Source: Chloroflexota bacterium (GTDB lineage Bacteria; Chloroflexota; UBA11872; VXOZ01). From it: a stretch of 64,000 nucleotides of DNA. Made by a program: the position numbers and the translations under genes. Where the stretch lies: NCBI GenBank assembly GCA_963663275.1, contig OY760183.1, positions 608,001 to 672,000 on the forward strand, in the 5' to 3' direction. This document shows, one piece after another, positions 19,301 to 29,522 of this stretch (position 1 is the stretch's first letter; each line of letters begins with the position of its first letter). The notes under the pieces are model-generated. The model was not told the origin of the DNA and ran no database searches. It saw only the letters and a list, made by a program, of their open reading frames with translations.

Positions 19301-19789
19301 TTACCTTCGTCCGGATTCGCCCGCGGCCTGCTCTAGCGCGCCCGTGGCATTCTCCGTCATCTTTTCCACGAACGCCATCAGGCCGGTAAGCTCTTCCGCG
19401 CTCACATTGCGTATGATATTGGTGTAGTGCTCTCCCACGCTCTCCATGAGTTCGGTCGCCATGGCCCGGCCTTCCTCGGTCATCTCCACCCGCACCACGC
19501 GCCGGTCCGTTCTGAGGCGCACCTTGCGGACCAGGCCCCGGTCTTCGAGTTTGGACACCATGCGGCTGATGCGCCCGGCGTCCACGGGGACGTGCTGCGT
19601 GAGGCCCGAAACGGTGACCGGCTCGTTGGCGAAGCAGGCCGTGAGCACCGCGTAGTCCACCACGGCAAGGTCATACGGCAACAGCCGTTCCTCGATCCCT
19701 CTGAACAGGATGTTTACCAGATTCGTCACGCCGCCTTGCAGTATGGCAATCTGCGATTCCAGCGACTGTTCCTGGGTCGGATCACTCAT
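19301..19789 (-). CDS. MarR family transcriptional regulator
   Basis: SRMVSKLEDRGLV...DRRVVRVEMTEEG. Confidence 0.9.
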   Translation of the reverse strand: MSDPTQEQSLESQIAILQGGVTNLVNILFRGIEERLLPYDLAVVDYAVLTACFANEPVTVSGLTQHVPVDAGRISRMVSKLEDRGLVRKVRLRTDRRVVRVEMTEEGRAMATELMESVGEHYTNIIRNVSAEELTGLMAFVEKMTENATGALEQAAGESGRR

Positions 19790-19815
19790 CTTTGAATGCG
19801 TCTCTTCTCCCTCCC

Positions 19816-20124
19816 AAGACCTTTGCGTAACTCCGTCTTTCCGGCGGAAGCCGGAATCCAGGGCGCCTTTACAACTAAAGATAGCATGACGTCGGTTTTC
19901 TACCCCCCCCGCGATGGGCTGATAGGGGTAGGCATTCTATGATCGATTTCACGTGTCATTCCGAACGGAGCGCAGCGGAGAGTCGCTAAAAGCGCGGAAT
20001 CTAAGGCGTTACCCTGCAATATCATCATTCTTGGATTCCTCGAAATCTGTTCGACGCTCCGCTCGGTATGACACTCTCATACCCTTATCAGCCCTCGATG
20101 GGGAAGGAGTTATGCAAAAGTCTC
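19816..20124. mobile_element. MITE-like composite element with (G)AGACCTTTGC...GCAAA(A/G)GTCTC ends, containing an inner TIR element at 19917-20093
   Basis: Terminal inverted repeats, CTCCC direct repeat on both flanks, homologous copies at 52177-53510 and 61862-62063. Confidence 0.7.
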
Positions 20125-20284
20125 CTCCCGGACAGTGCAGGCGCGGATCGCGCCGGGCGCGCCATGCCGGGCGCGCCATGCCGCCCGCTTCCGCCGGCAA
20201 AGCGCCAGCGCCTTCACAGCAACTTCACAGCGCCTTCATACCGGCTTCACAACGCCTCAGCACCGCCCTAGCAACGCTTTCGAG

Positions 20285-20755
20285 TTACACGCCCCTGACG
20301 CCGGTTGTGCCTTCGCCTGCCTCGATCATCTTCTCCATCACGGCTATGGAACCGGCCAACTCCCCGTGGTCGATGTCCCGCACCAGCAAGGCGTAGTATG
20401 CCTGCACGCGCTCCACCAGCGCGGGCATGATCGCGCGGCCCTCGTCCGTCACCCGCAGGTGGACTATGCGCCGGTCTCTCCTGATGCGCACCTTTTCCAT
20501 CAGGCCCCGCTGCTCCAGGCGGCCCACTACGCGGTTGATCTGATTGGGGTCGACGGGGACGAGACCCCTCAGGTCCCTGAACGTGATCTGTCCCGCAGTG
20601 AAGCAGGCGGAGAGAATCGTGTACTCCACCGCGTCGACACCGTAGGGAGACAGTTGCTCCTTGAGTCCCGCCACAAGGACGTGAACTAGGTTGGCCAAGT
20701 CGCCTTGCAGCCGCGCAACTCGTCGCTCCATCAATTGGTCCGGCAGTTCGCTCAT
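20285..20755 (-). CDS. MarR family transcriptional regulator (paralog of 19301-19789)
   Basis: RLEQRGLM...DRRIVHLRVTDEG; clear similarity to the neighbouring MarR. Confidence 0.9.
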   Translation of the reverse strand: MSELPDQLMERRVARLQGDLANLVHVLVAGLKEQLSPYGVDAVEYTILSACFTAGQITFRDLRGLVPVDPNQINRVVGRLEQRGLMEKVRIRRDRRIVHLRVTDEGRAIMPALVERVQAYYALLVRDIDHGELAGSIAVMEKMIEAGEGTTGVRGV

Positions 20756-20964
20756 GTTTCGTGGTTTGCCCGGTATCCGGCCTTCTCCGTTGGTTGCGGC
20801 CTGCGTAATTGTACTCTATTTGGGCATCGGATTGATAGCACCGCTCCATCCTCTTGCCGGCGGCGGCCGCAAGCGCCCGAAACTACCGCTCTCCGCAGCC
20901 GCGCGTCATTCGCCGCCCCGCCCCCGGCGCGGGCACGATCCCCGCAATTGGGCAAGGCGACGGC

Positions 20965-22044
20965 CTACCCGATGCGCTCCAGCACGGCCTCGCCCATCTC
21001 CCGCGTGCCGGCCGCGCGCTCGCCGGGCGCGCCGCGGGCCAGGTCCGGCGTGCGGTAGCCGGCCGCCAGCACGTCTTCCACCGCGTTTTCAACCGCCGTT
21101 GCTTCTTGCTCCAGGCCCAGCGAGTGGCGCAGCAGCATTGCAACGGAGAGAATAGCCGCCAGCGGGTTCGCCTTGTCCTGGCCGACGATGTCCGGCGCGG
21201 TGCCGTGCACCGGCTCGTAGAGGCCGCGCCGTCCCCGGCCCAGGCTGGCGCTGGGCAACATGCCCAGGCTGCCGGCCAGCACCGAGGCCTCGTCGGAGAG
21301 GATGTCGCCAAACATGTTCTCGGTCACCAGCACGTCGAACCGGCGCGGGTCGTTGATCAGGTGCATGGCGCAGGCGTCCACCAAAATGTGCTCGACGGTA
21401 ACATCGGGGTACTCTTCCGCCACCCGTTCCGCGATCTCGCGCCACAAGCCGCTGCTGGCCAGCACGTTCGCCTTGTCCACGGACGCCAGTTGCTTCCGGC
21501 GTTGGCGCGCCAGGTCGAACCCCATGCGAATGATGCGTTCCATCTCAGCGCTGGTATAAGCGAGCGTGTCTTTGACGCGAATGCCCTGCTTGTTCGCGCT
21601 GCGCCCGCGCGGGCGGCCAAAGTAGAGCCCGCCGGTGAGTTCGCGCAGCACCAGCAGGTCCGTGCCGTCCACGATCTCGCGCTTCAGCGGCGAGGAATCC
21701 AACAGCGCGGCAATTGCCTTTACCGGCCGCAGGTTGGCGTAGAGGCGCAACTCCTTGCGCAGGCGCAGCAAGCCGTATTCCGGCCGCGCTTCCGGCGGCC
21801 CCACGTCCCACTTGGGACCGCCCACCGCGCCGACGAAGACGGCGTCCGCCTGCTTGCAAATGGCCAGCGATTCATCCGGCAGGGGCGTGCCGGTGGCGTC
21901 GATGGCGTTGCCGCCGATGCTCCCTGAATGCGCCTGAAACGTGTGACTGTACGTTGCCGCCACGTGCTGGAGCACGCGCGCGCCCCAAGCCACCACTTCC
22001 ACACCGATCCCGTCACCGGGCAATACCGCAATGTTTGCCTTCAT
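20965..22044 (-). CDS. leuB: 3-isopropylmalate dehydrogenase
   Basis: [48 protein letters not shown]. Confidence 0.97.
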   Translation of the reverse strand: MKANIAVLPGDGIGVEVVAWGARVLQHVAATYSHTFQAHSGSIGGNAIDATGTPLPDESLAICKQADAVFVGAVGGPKWDVGPPEARPEYGLLRLRKELRLYANLRPVKAIAALLDSSPLKREIVDGTDLLVLRELTGGLYFGRPRGRSANKQGIRVKDTLAYTSAEMERIIRMGFDLARQRRKQLASVDKANVLASSGLWREIAERVAEEYPDVTVEHILVDACAMHLINDPRRFDVLVTENMFGDILSDEASVLAGSLGMLPSASLGRGRRGLYEPVHGTAPDIVGQDKANPLAAILSVAMLLRHSLGLEQEATAVENAVEDVLAAGYRTPDLARGAPGERAAGTREMGEAVLERIG

Positions 22045-22540
22045 GTACCTCTCCACGCTGTGGTTACCTGCGGGGGACAAGCCCCCGCGCTACGTTCCTT
22101 GTCCGGTTCAACACCGCTGCGCCAATGGTCAGGAGGCCGGTAGCGCAGGTTTGTAACCTGCGTCCCCCGTCGTCCCGCTGGACCTATCCGCAATTCGGTT
22201 GCGGGGGACAAGCCCCCGCGCTACGGTTTACCGTCTGCCAAGCGCCTTACCGGCGCGCCCCGCTCCCCATAGTACCCAGCGCGGTGGCAGAACGCTAGAG
22301 CGGCCATGTTGCCCGCGGCCGCGTTAGCGGCGCGCCTGGCCGTGCCGCGCAGTTGTGTGGGGATACGTGCCATCCATAGGCATGGCAAACGGCCGCCGCC
22401 CAGCATCCGGACGACCGACCTTCCTTGACGCGCAACGCCGGCGCGTTCATCATGATGATAGACGTTCGGCTGACGGGTATCCGGCACGCCGGCGTTCGGT
22501 TTTCTCAGAAGCGCCTACGGCAGCATATCCCCTTTCCCTT

Positions 22541-24199
22541 ATGTCAGCGGAAAACACGCTTCGCATCATCCCCTTGGGCGGCTTGGGCGAAATTGCCAAG
22601 AACTGCATGGCCCTGGAGTACGGTGACGACATCATCCTCATCGACGCCGGCGTCATGTTTCCTGAAGACGAGATGCTGGGCATCGACCTGGTAATCCCCG
22701 ACATCTCCTATCTGGAAGACAAGCGGGACCGGCTCCGCGCCATCATCATCACCCACGGGCACGAGGACCACACCGGCGCGTTGCCCTACTTCCTGCGCAC
22801 GCTCAACGCGCCCATCTACGGTACACGGCTCACCCTCGGCCTGCTGGAGGTCAAGCTGAAGGAGCACGGCCTGGAGGAACAAGTGCGGCTGCGGGAGATA
22901 GCCCCCGGCGACCAGATAACGCTGGGCCCCTTCCGCTTCGAGTTCTTCCATATGTGCCACAGCATCCCGGACGGCGTCGGCATGGCGATCTATACGCCCG
23001 TCGGCCTGGTGGTGCACTCCGGCGACTTCAAGTTCGACTACACGCCGGTGGACGGCGAGCTTTCCGACATCTGGCGGCTGGCGAAGTACGCGCAGGAAGG
23101 CGTGCGGCTGCTGCTCTCCGACAGCACCCGCGCCGACCGTCCCGGCTACACGCCCTCCGAGCGCGTGATCTACGACTGCTTCGCGGAGGTATTCGCGGAA
23201 GCCCGCGGCCGCATCATCGTCACCACCTTCGCCTCGCTCATCTCCCGCGTGCAGCAGGTGGTGGATACCGCCGCCGACTTCAACCGCAGCGTCTGCGTGA
23301 CCGGCCGCAATATGGTGCAGAACGTGAACATGGCGCTGCAATTGGGGTATCTGGACATGCCGGCCAACATGCTGGTGCGCCCGGACCGCCTGCACGAGTT
23401 CGATACCGACGAGGTGGTTATCATCACCACCGGCAGCCAGGGCGAGCCGACCTCCGCCCTGGGCCGCATCGCCAACCGCGACCATCGGCAAATCAACGTG
23501 GAAACCGACGATACGGTCATCATCTCCGCCAGTCCCATACCCGGCAACGAGGCGCTGGTGGCGAAGACCATCGACAAGCTCTTCCGCCAAGGGGCCGACG
23601 TGCTCTACGACAAGGTGGCCAACGTCCACGTTTCCGGCCACGGCGCGCAGGAGGAACTCAAGACCCTGATCAGCATCCTGCGCCCGGAAGCGTTCATTCC
23701 CATTCACGGCGGCTACCAGCACCTGATGCACCACGCGCGCCTGGCCGGCGAACTGGGCGTGGATAGCGAGAACATCATCGTGGCCGAAGACGGCGACATC
23801 ATCGAACTGACCGCGGACGAGATTCGCAAGGTAGACCGCGTGCAGGCCGGCTACGTGTTCGTGGACGGCCTCGGCGTGGGCGACGTGAGCGATAGCGTCT
23901 TGCGCGACCGCCGGCACCTCTCCCAGGACGGCATCTTCATCGTGGTCGTCGCCATCGACCGCGAGACCGGCCACGTGCTCTCCGGCCCGGACATCATCTC
24001 GCGCGGGTTCATGCAGGAGGGCCTGGAGATGCTGATTGAAAAAGCCCGCCAACGCCTGTATAATAGTCTGGAAGCCGATCTCGGCCCCCGCGCCGAGATT
24101 CGCCAGGTCCAGGAACGCATCCGCGACGTGGTTTCACGCTTCCTCTACGCCGAAACCCGCCGCCGGCCAATGGTCCTCCCCGTTGTAACCGAAGTGTAG
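22541..24199 (+). CDS. rnj: ribonuclease J
   Basis: PLGGLGEI, THGHEDHTG, TGSQGEP, HVSGH, RRPMVLPV. Confidence 0.97.
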   Translation: MSAENTLRIIPLGGLGEIAKNCMALEYGDDIILIDAGVMFPEDEMLGIDLVIPDISYLEDKRDRLRAIIITHGHEDHTGALPYFLRTLNAPIYGTRLTLGLLEVKLKEHGLEEQVRLREIAPGDQITLGPFRFEFFHMCHSIPDGVGMAIYTPVGLVVHSGDFKFDYTPVDGELSDIWRLAKYAQEGVRLLLSDSTRADRPGYTPSERVIYDCFAEVFAEARGRIIVTTFASLISRVQQVVDTAADFNRSVCVTGRNMVQNVNMALQLGYLDMPANMLVRPDRLHEFDTDEVVIITTGSQGEPTSALGRIANRDHRQINVETDDTVIISASPIPGNEALVAKTIDKLFRQGADVLYDKVANVHVSGHGAQEELKTLISILRPEAFIPIHGGYQHLMHHARLAGELGVDSENIIVAEDGDIIELTADEIRKVDRVQAGYVFVDGLGVGDVSDSVLRDRRHLSQDGIFIVVVAIDRETGHVLSGPDIISRGFMQEGLEMLIEKARQRLYNSLEADLGPRAEIRQVQERIRDVVSRFLYAETRRRPMVLPVVTEV

Positions 24200-24207
24200 T
24201 ACGTACC

Positions 24208-24420
24208 ATCTTGTCCGCCGGACGGTTTTTCCGATAGGTGTTTGTTCGACTGGCATTTGCCCGTCGTGCATTCGTCCGTCCGGCAGTAGTTCGTCTGGCG
24301 TTTGTCAGCCGAGCAGCTAGTCCTTTGGGCGCTTGTCGGTGAGAGGCTTTGTCCGCCAAGAGTCTTGTCCGTCGTGCCTTTGCCCGCCGGGCGCTTGTCC
24401 TTCAGGCGTTTGCCGGGCCA
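24208..24420. repeat. highly degenerate ~15-bp tandem array (TTTGTCCGTCGGGCG-like)
   Basis: About 14 units with a recurring TTGTC/TTGCC core, starting just after the rnj stop. Confidence 0.6.
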
Positions 24421-24606
24421 GCGGAAACCGTTCGCGCTGAGCGCTTCGGCAGGCTCAGTACAGGCCCGTCGAAGCATGAACGGTTTCGAAGACGGTTCAC
24501 CGGTCCTTTTCATCCTCCTGAGCGCAGTTCTCCGCCCGCATCGCTTCACGCCTATCGTCCTTTCATCGTACCCGCACCCTAACCGCCAGCCATAAGGAGT
24601 CAGCCT

Positions 24607-26988
24607 ATGGCGTCCCGTTCCAGCGCCGCAAGCCGCAAGTCCTCGTCCAGTAAATCGCGCCTGCCGTTCCCCTCATTGAGCCTGCCCTCGCCGCTGCGGC
24701 GGGAAGTGTTTGGCGTGCTCAGCATCGTGGTTGGCCTGCTCTCGGCCATTGCGCTCATCTCGCCCAGCGGCACGGTGAGCGGTTGGTGGCACGGCCAACT
24801 CACCGGCCTCTTCGGCTGGATGGCGCCGCTGCCCGCGCTGGCCGCCGTCGTGCTGGGCGTGCAACTCATACGCGACGGCATCCGCCAGGAACGCTCCGTG
24901 CGCTGGGAGACCCTGACCGCGCTGGTGGTGCTGGTGCTGGCCTCCACGGCGTTCGCGCAGTCGCTGGCCGGCCCGCCGGAGATGGCGGCAAACTATCCGG
25001 TCGGCGGCGCCGTTGCCCTGAACATCCTCGCCCCGCTCACTACCGCGCTGGGCTTTGCCGGGGCCGTTATTGTGCTCTTCGCCTTGCTGCTCGTTACCAC
25101 CATCATCACGTTTTCGATCTCGCTGGGCAGGATTCGCGGCGCGTTCCTTGCCTGCGTCTGGCGCCCGCTGGGGTTGCTGGGCAAGGGCGCGGCGGCGGTG
25201 TTCCGCGCAGCCGGCGGCGCCTACCGCCGCGCCGACGAGCAAGCGGCCGAACCCCCGCAACCGGAAACGCCCCAGCCCCGCGCCATTCCCGTGCGCTTAG
25301 CCGCCAGCGCGGCCGCCGCGCCGCCCACGGCGCTTGAGGACGAGGACTCCCCGCCCGCGGCGGCAGACGACGCCTTGGACGAAGACGTGGATTTCATCCA
25401 GGATGAGGATTTCGTCCAAGACGCCGCCATGATGGATGCGGAAGAGGAAGACGCGCCGCCGCGCTGGCAGTTGCCGCCGCCGGAACTGCTGACGCCCGCG
25501 GCGGCCAACCACGACGCGGAAGAGGCCACCCAGGAAATCGAGCAACGGGCGCTCATCATCGAGGAAGCCTTGCGCAGTTTCAAGGTGGTGGCGGAAGTGG
25601 CCGAGGCCATCCGCGGCCCGGCCGTTACCCAATACCGCCTGACGTTGGGACAGGGCGTCAAAGTGAGCCGGGTGGTGAATCTCGCCAACGACCTGGCGTT
25701 AGCCTTGGCCGCCACCAGCGTGCGCATCGAAGCGCCGGTGCCCGGCTTTCCGTTCGTCGGCATCGAGATTCCCAACCACTACACCACCATCGTCACCATG
25801 CGCGAGTTCATGACCGACGCCGCCTTCGCGGAGCACAAGGGCATGTTGCCCCTGGCCCTGGGGCGCGACGTGGCCAACGACGTGCGCGTGACGGACCTGG
25901 CCACCATGCCCCACCTGCTGATTGCCGGTTCCACGGGTTCCGGCAAGTCGGCCTGCGTGAACGCCATCATCTGCTCCCTGCTGATGCAGCACACGCCGGA
26001 GACGCTGCGCTTCCTGGTGGTGGACCCCAAAATGGTGGAGATGATCGGCTACAGCGACATTCCCCACCTGCTGCGCCCGGTGATTACCGACCTGGACGAG
26101 GTGGTGCCGACCCTCATGTGGGCCGCCGACGAGATGACCCGCCGCTACAAGGTGCTGGCGCAGGAGGGCTTCCGCAATATCCAGACCTACAACGCCGCCA
26201 AGCAAGAGGCCGGCGAAGAACCCATGCACTACCTGGTCATCCTGATCGACGAACTGGCCGACCTGATGATGACGGCCGCCGGCGACGTGGAGAAATACCT
26301 CTGCCGCCTGGCGCAGATGGCGCGCGCGGTGGGCATCCACCTGGTGGTTTCCACGCAGCGCCCCTCGGTGGACGTGCTCACCGGCCTCATCAAGGCCAAC
26401 TTCCCCTGCCGCATTGCTTTCGCGGTCAGTTCCCAGGCCGATTCGCGCACCATTCTCGACGGTGGCGGCGCGGAGAAGCTCATCGGCCAGGGCGACATGC
26501 TCTTCGCGCCGAAAGAGGCTACCCGCCTCACCCGTATCCAGGGCACCTACCTGGACGACGACGAGATCAACCGCATCGTGGAGTTCTGGCGGGCGCAGGG
26601 CGCGCCGGAATACATCCCGGAGAAGTCTTTCGAGGAAGCCGCAGCCAACCACCAGGATAACAAGGACGACGATCTGGTGCGCCAGGCCATCCGGCTGGTC
26701 TCGCAATACGACAACGCTTCGGCCTCTTTCCTCCAACGCCAACTGGGCATCGGCGCGACCAAGGCGAACCGCATCCTGGATACGCTGGAAGAACGCGGCA
26801 TCGTGACCCCGCCGGAAGGCGTGGGCCGCGTGCGCCACGTGCTCGTCTCCGCCAACGACCTGCTGGAAGACGACGAAACCGACGACTTCGACGACACCGA
26901 CGACACCACCACCGCGCCGCCCTTCACCCCGGACGACCCCGCAACCGCCGGCGCGAAGGACGAAGAGTTCTCCCGGTTCCCCGTGTAG
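24607..26988 (+). CDS. ftsK: DNA translocase FtsK
   Basis: N-terminal TM segments, PHLLIAGSTGSGKS, IDELADLM, TQRPSVDV, GAEKLIGQGDML, gamma domain ASFLQRQLGIG. Confidence 0.97.
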   Translation: MASRSSAASRKSSSSKSRLPFPSLSLPSPLRREVFGVLSIVVGLLSAIALISPSGTVSGWWHGQLTGLFGWMAPLPALAAVVLGVQLIRDGIRQERSVRWETLTALVVLVLASTAFAQSLAGPPEMAANYPVGGAVALNILAPLTTALGFAGAVIVLFALLLVTTIITFSISLGRIRGAFLACVWRPLGLLGKGAAAVFRAAGGAYRRADEQAAEPPQPETPQPRAIPVRLAASAAAAPPTALEDEDSPPAAADDALDEDVDFIQDEDFVQDAAMMDAEEEDAPPRWQLPPPELLTPAAANHDAEEATQEIEQRALIIEEALRSFKVVAEVAEAIRGPAVTQYRLTLGQGVKVSRVVNLANDLALALAATSVRIEAPVPGFPFVGIEIPNHYTTIVTMREFMTDAAFAEHKGMLPLALGRDVANDVRVTDLATMPHLLIAGSTGSGKSACVNAIICSLLMQHTPETLRFLVVDPKMVEMIGYSDIPHLLRPVITDLDEVVPTLMWAADEMTRRYKVLAQEGFRNIQTYNAAKQEAGEEPMHYLVILIDELADLMMTAAGDVEKYLCRLAQMARAVGIHLVVSTQRPSVDVLTGLIKANFPCRIAFAVSSQADSRTILDGGGAEKLIGQGDMLFAPKEATRLTRIQGTYLDDDEINRIVEFWRAQGAPEYIPEKSFEEAAANHQDNKDDDLVRQAIRLVSQYDNASASFLQRQLGIGATKANRILDTLEERGIVTPPEGVGRVRHVLVSANDLLEDDETDDFDDTDDTTTAPPFTPDDPATAGAKDEEFSRFPV

Positions 26989-26993
26989 CCGGC

Positions 26994-27270
26994 GTAGGGG
27001 CAGGCCTCGTGCCTGCCCGTCCTCACGGGACAGCAACCAAAGGGCAGGTACAAGACCTGCCCCTACGACCAACACCAGATTCCAGACCGGCGCTTTCCTT
27101 CCCGCGAGCTACGACCGCTGTAGGGGCAGGCCTCGTGCCTGCCCGATCTCGCCGAATCGCAACCAAAGGGCAGGTACAAGACCTGCCCCTACGACCAACA
27201 CCGATTCCAGACCGGCACCTTCCCACCCGTGCGCTGCCACCGCTGTAGGGGCAGGCCTCGTGCCTGCCCG
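26994..27270. repeat. BIME-like REP cluster: GTAGGGGCAGGCCTCGTGCCTGCCC (x3) alternating with inverted GTAGGGGCAGGTCTTGTACCTGCCC (x2)
   Basis: About 126-bp period, alternating orientation, directly after the ftsK stop. Confidence 0.9.
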
Positions 27271-27399
27271 TCCTCGCGCACGGGCGTTGCGTGCGGCGGG
27301 TATACTATACAAACAGCGCCTACCGCGTCAGAATACGCTCCACTATCCCCGCTGGCAGGCGCGCGCCAATTGGCGCCGCCCGTGAGGCCCGGCCAACCA

Positions 27400-28173
27400 A
27401 TGACCCCGCAACGCCTGAGCAAGAAGCAGACCGTCATCACCAAGCTCTACGCCGCCTGCAAAGAGCGCGGAGAGATGACGTTCGACAACGACGACGTCAA
27501 GCGGGTGTGCGCAGAGGTCGGCTTCGCCAATCCGTTCGACGCCACCAAATGGGATAACTCAGCCGCGCTTCCCACGGCCTTGGCGGCGGATGACGTCTTC
27601 GTCGTTCACCTCGGCAAAGGCCGGCACCGGTTCGTAGCGGGCATCGATATTGGGTATCATACATTTGAAGCGGTGCCGGAAAACCGCCGCTACCAATGGT
27701 ACTACCGGCGCAGCATGCTCAACAGCATCAACACCAGCGAGAGCAATATCCCGTATGAAGGGTACAATCAGCGAATTATTCACGACTTTCTCTATGGAGA
27801 TGTCACCGTTTCGCCGAACGTTCACTTCTCCAGCTACACGAAGTTTCCCTTCAGTTTTCGCATTGGTTCAGATGAAATTGCCGCCACTAGCGTACCGGTA
27901 GCGATTGACTTCACCGCAGAGCATCATGGCTCAGTCACCGTGTTCAAGGCACAGAATGGCGAACCTGCCGATTTCAACGTCTTCCGTCTGTATAACCCGT
28001 TTCGCTACTATGCGCGTGTCGCCGAAGACAAACCGGTTTCGGCAATACAGTGTTGCTACCTGCTGCGCAGAGATGAGCGTTTGCGGTTGTACCTCTATTC
28101 ATTTACCGACCCCCAAAGTCCTGAATCAATCCGGCTGGAACGCAACGCCGAGTACACTTTGGTTGAGCGATGA
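27400..28173 (+). CDS. type II restriction endonuclease-like PD-(D/E)xK protein with degenerate active site
   Basis: NPFDATK.D, HLGKGRHRFV, TSES, ID...E...V, LY.PFRYY recalled from a DUF6996/DUF6997-like REase family; ATGA-coupled to an MTase; the expected E-x-K reads K-A-Q. Confidence 0.65.
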   Translation: MTPQRLSKKQTVITKLYAACKERGEMTFDNDDVKRVCAEVGFANPFDATKWDNSAALPTALAADDVFVVHLGKGRHRFVAGIDIGYHTFEAVPENRRYQWYYRRSMLNSINTSESNIPYEGYNQRIIHDFLYGDVTVSPNVHFSSYTKFPFSFRIGSDEIAATSVPVAIDFTAEHHGSVTVFKAQNGEPADFNVFRLYNPFRYYARVAEDKPVSAIQCCYLLRRDERLRLYLYSFTDPQSPESIRLERNAEYTLVER

Positions 28174-28955
28174 CTGCGTTGCCTAAGCACTACCGAAACC
28201 GAATTGTCAACGACGATGTGATGGCCGTCCTACGCGATTTGCCGGACGGGTGCGTTGATATGGTGTACGGGGATCCCGACTACAATGTCGGCATCAAGTA
28301 CGATGGAAGGTCGTTTACGTCTTCGTGGGACGAGTACGTCGAGTGGTACGTGGCACTAGTCAGGGAGTCGCTGCGCGTCCTGCGGCCTGACGGCAACATG
28401 TTCTTCATCAACTATCCGCGTCAAAATGCATACCTTCGCGTAAACTACCTGGACGAGCACGCCTATGCCGTGCACGACTATGCTTGGGTGTTCAACACCA
28501 ACGTCGGCCACAGCCCCCGCCGGTTCACTACGGCCCATCGCTCGATACTGCACGCCACCAAGTCCAAGCACAACCGGTTTTACACGGAGCAAATTGCAGA
28601 CCGCGCGGCAACCCTACCGCCTCCCGAACAAGAAGAAAGCACAGACCAAGAACAAGACGGTCAAATGCCCTATTCCTGGCTTTACTTCAATCTAGTTAAG
28701 AATGTGTCCCGACAGAAGACCGATCATCCTTGCCAAATCCCCGAGGGACTCTCGGAACTGCTTATCAAGTCGTGCACTGTGCCCGGAGACTCGGTTTTCA
28801 TCCTTTTTGGCGGCAGCGGTTCGGAGGTCGTTCAAGCGCAAAGCCTCGGCCGCGTCTTTCTCTCCTGCGAACTCCAGCCGCGATTCTTTGCGCTCATTGA
28901 GAGCCGGCTGCGGGACGGCGGCGCAATCCACGAGCAATTTCGTCTCCCGGTCTAG
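28170..28955 (+). CDS. N4/N6 DNA methyltransferase, beta class
   Basis: Motif IV variant DPDY near the N-terminus, HPCQIP, motif I LFGGSGS near the C-terminus. Confidence 0.88.
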   Translation: MTALPKHYRNRIVNDDVMAVLRDLPDGCVDMVYGDPDYNVGIKYDGRSFTSSWDEYVEWYVALVRESLRVLRPDGNMFFINYPRQNAYLRVNYLDEHAYAVHDYAWVFNTNVGHSPRRFTTAHRSILHATKSKHNRFYTEQIADRAATLPPPEQEESTDQEQDGQMPYSWLYFNLVKNVSRQKTDHPCQIPEGLSELLIKSCTVPGDSVFILFGGSGSEVVQAQSLGRVFLSCELQPRFFALIESRLRDGGAIHEQFRLPV

Positions 28956-29060
28956 CGCAATTGCCAACATGCTGGCGAACCGATTTCCATTGCTGTCAAA
29001 GTTACCTAATGGCAGTACGGGAGCGGCAAGTACGGAACGGCCAACACAGTCTACGCGACC

Positions 29061-29471
29061 TTGGGCACTATCGATACGCCGGCGTTGCGTTATCCGGCAT
29101 TGAGCGAATACGTAGAGTTGCCGGGCGCGGTCTATGGCACAATCCGCGCCTGGTGGCGTATACTGATTGCGCACAGTGCCGGAAAGGGAAGTACGATGGT
29201 CGCGCCAGATCTGGATTCCATTCGGCCTTGTGAAGACGAATGTGGTTGTCCGCAAAAACACTACCACCTGCTTATTCCAGATTATGACGATGAGATAGAA
29301 GAAGAACAGGCGTATCCGGGCGGCATCAAGCCGGGGCGGTACAACTGGGACGCCCTAGTTAACTTACTGCGCTACCACAAAGGCAACCCGGACTCTATTC
29401 AGTTCATCGCTGACATGCTGGATGGGTTGGAAGAGATGGAGCAGTTTAGGCTACGCATGGCGCATAGTTGA
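29061..29471 (+). CDS. hypothetical protein in the R-M island (start could be 29196)
   Basis: Co-oriented ORF between the two MTases; C-x3-C-x-C-x3-H cluster and an acidic stretch. Confidence 0.45.
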   Translation: MGTIDTPALRYPALSEYVELPGAVYGTIRAWWRILIAHSAGKGSTMVAPDLDSIRPCEDECGCPQKHYHLLIPDYDDEIEEEQAYPGGIKPGRYNWDALVNLLRYHKGNPDSIQFIADMLDGLEEMEQFRLRMAHS

Positions 29472-29522
29472 CCGTTGACGACGTGCCTGGGTCGTGTTTT
29501 GGCATTTTCAAGGTAGGAGCCA

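Noticed and set aside
19945-19960. TTTCACGTG as a parS site (also TGTGAAAC-CAC-GTTTCACA near 36378)
   Set aside because: Poor match to the 16-bp GTTTCACGTGAAAC palindrome; the first lies within a MITE and the second has the wrong arrangement.
26994-27270. Repeat cluster after ftsK as CRISPR or integron attC array
   Set aside because: It consists of alternating inverted GTAG-REPs with homologous linkers; there is no integrase and no cassette ORF between units.
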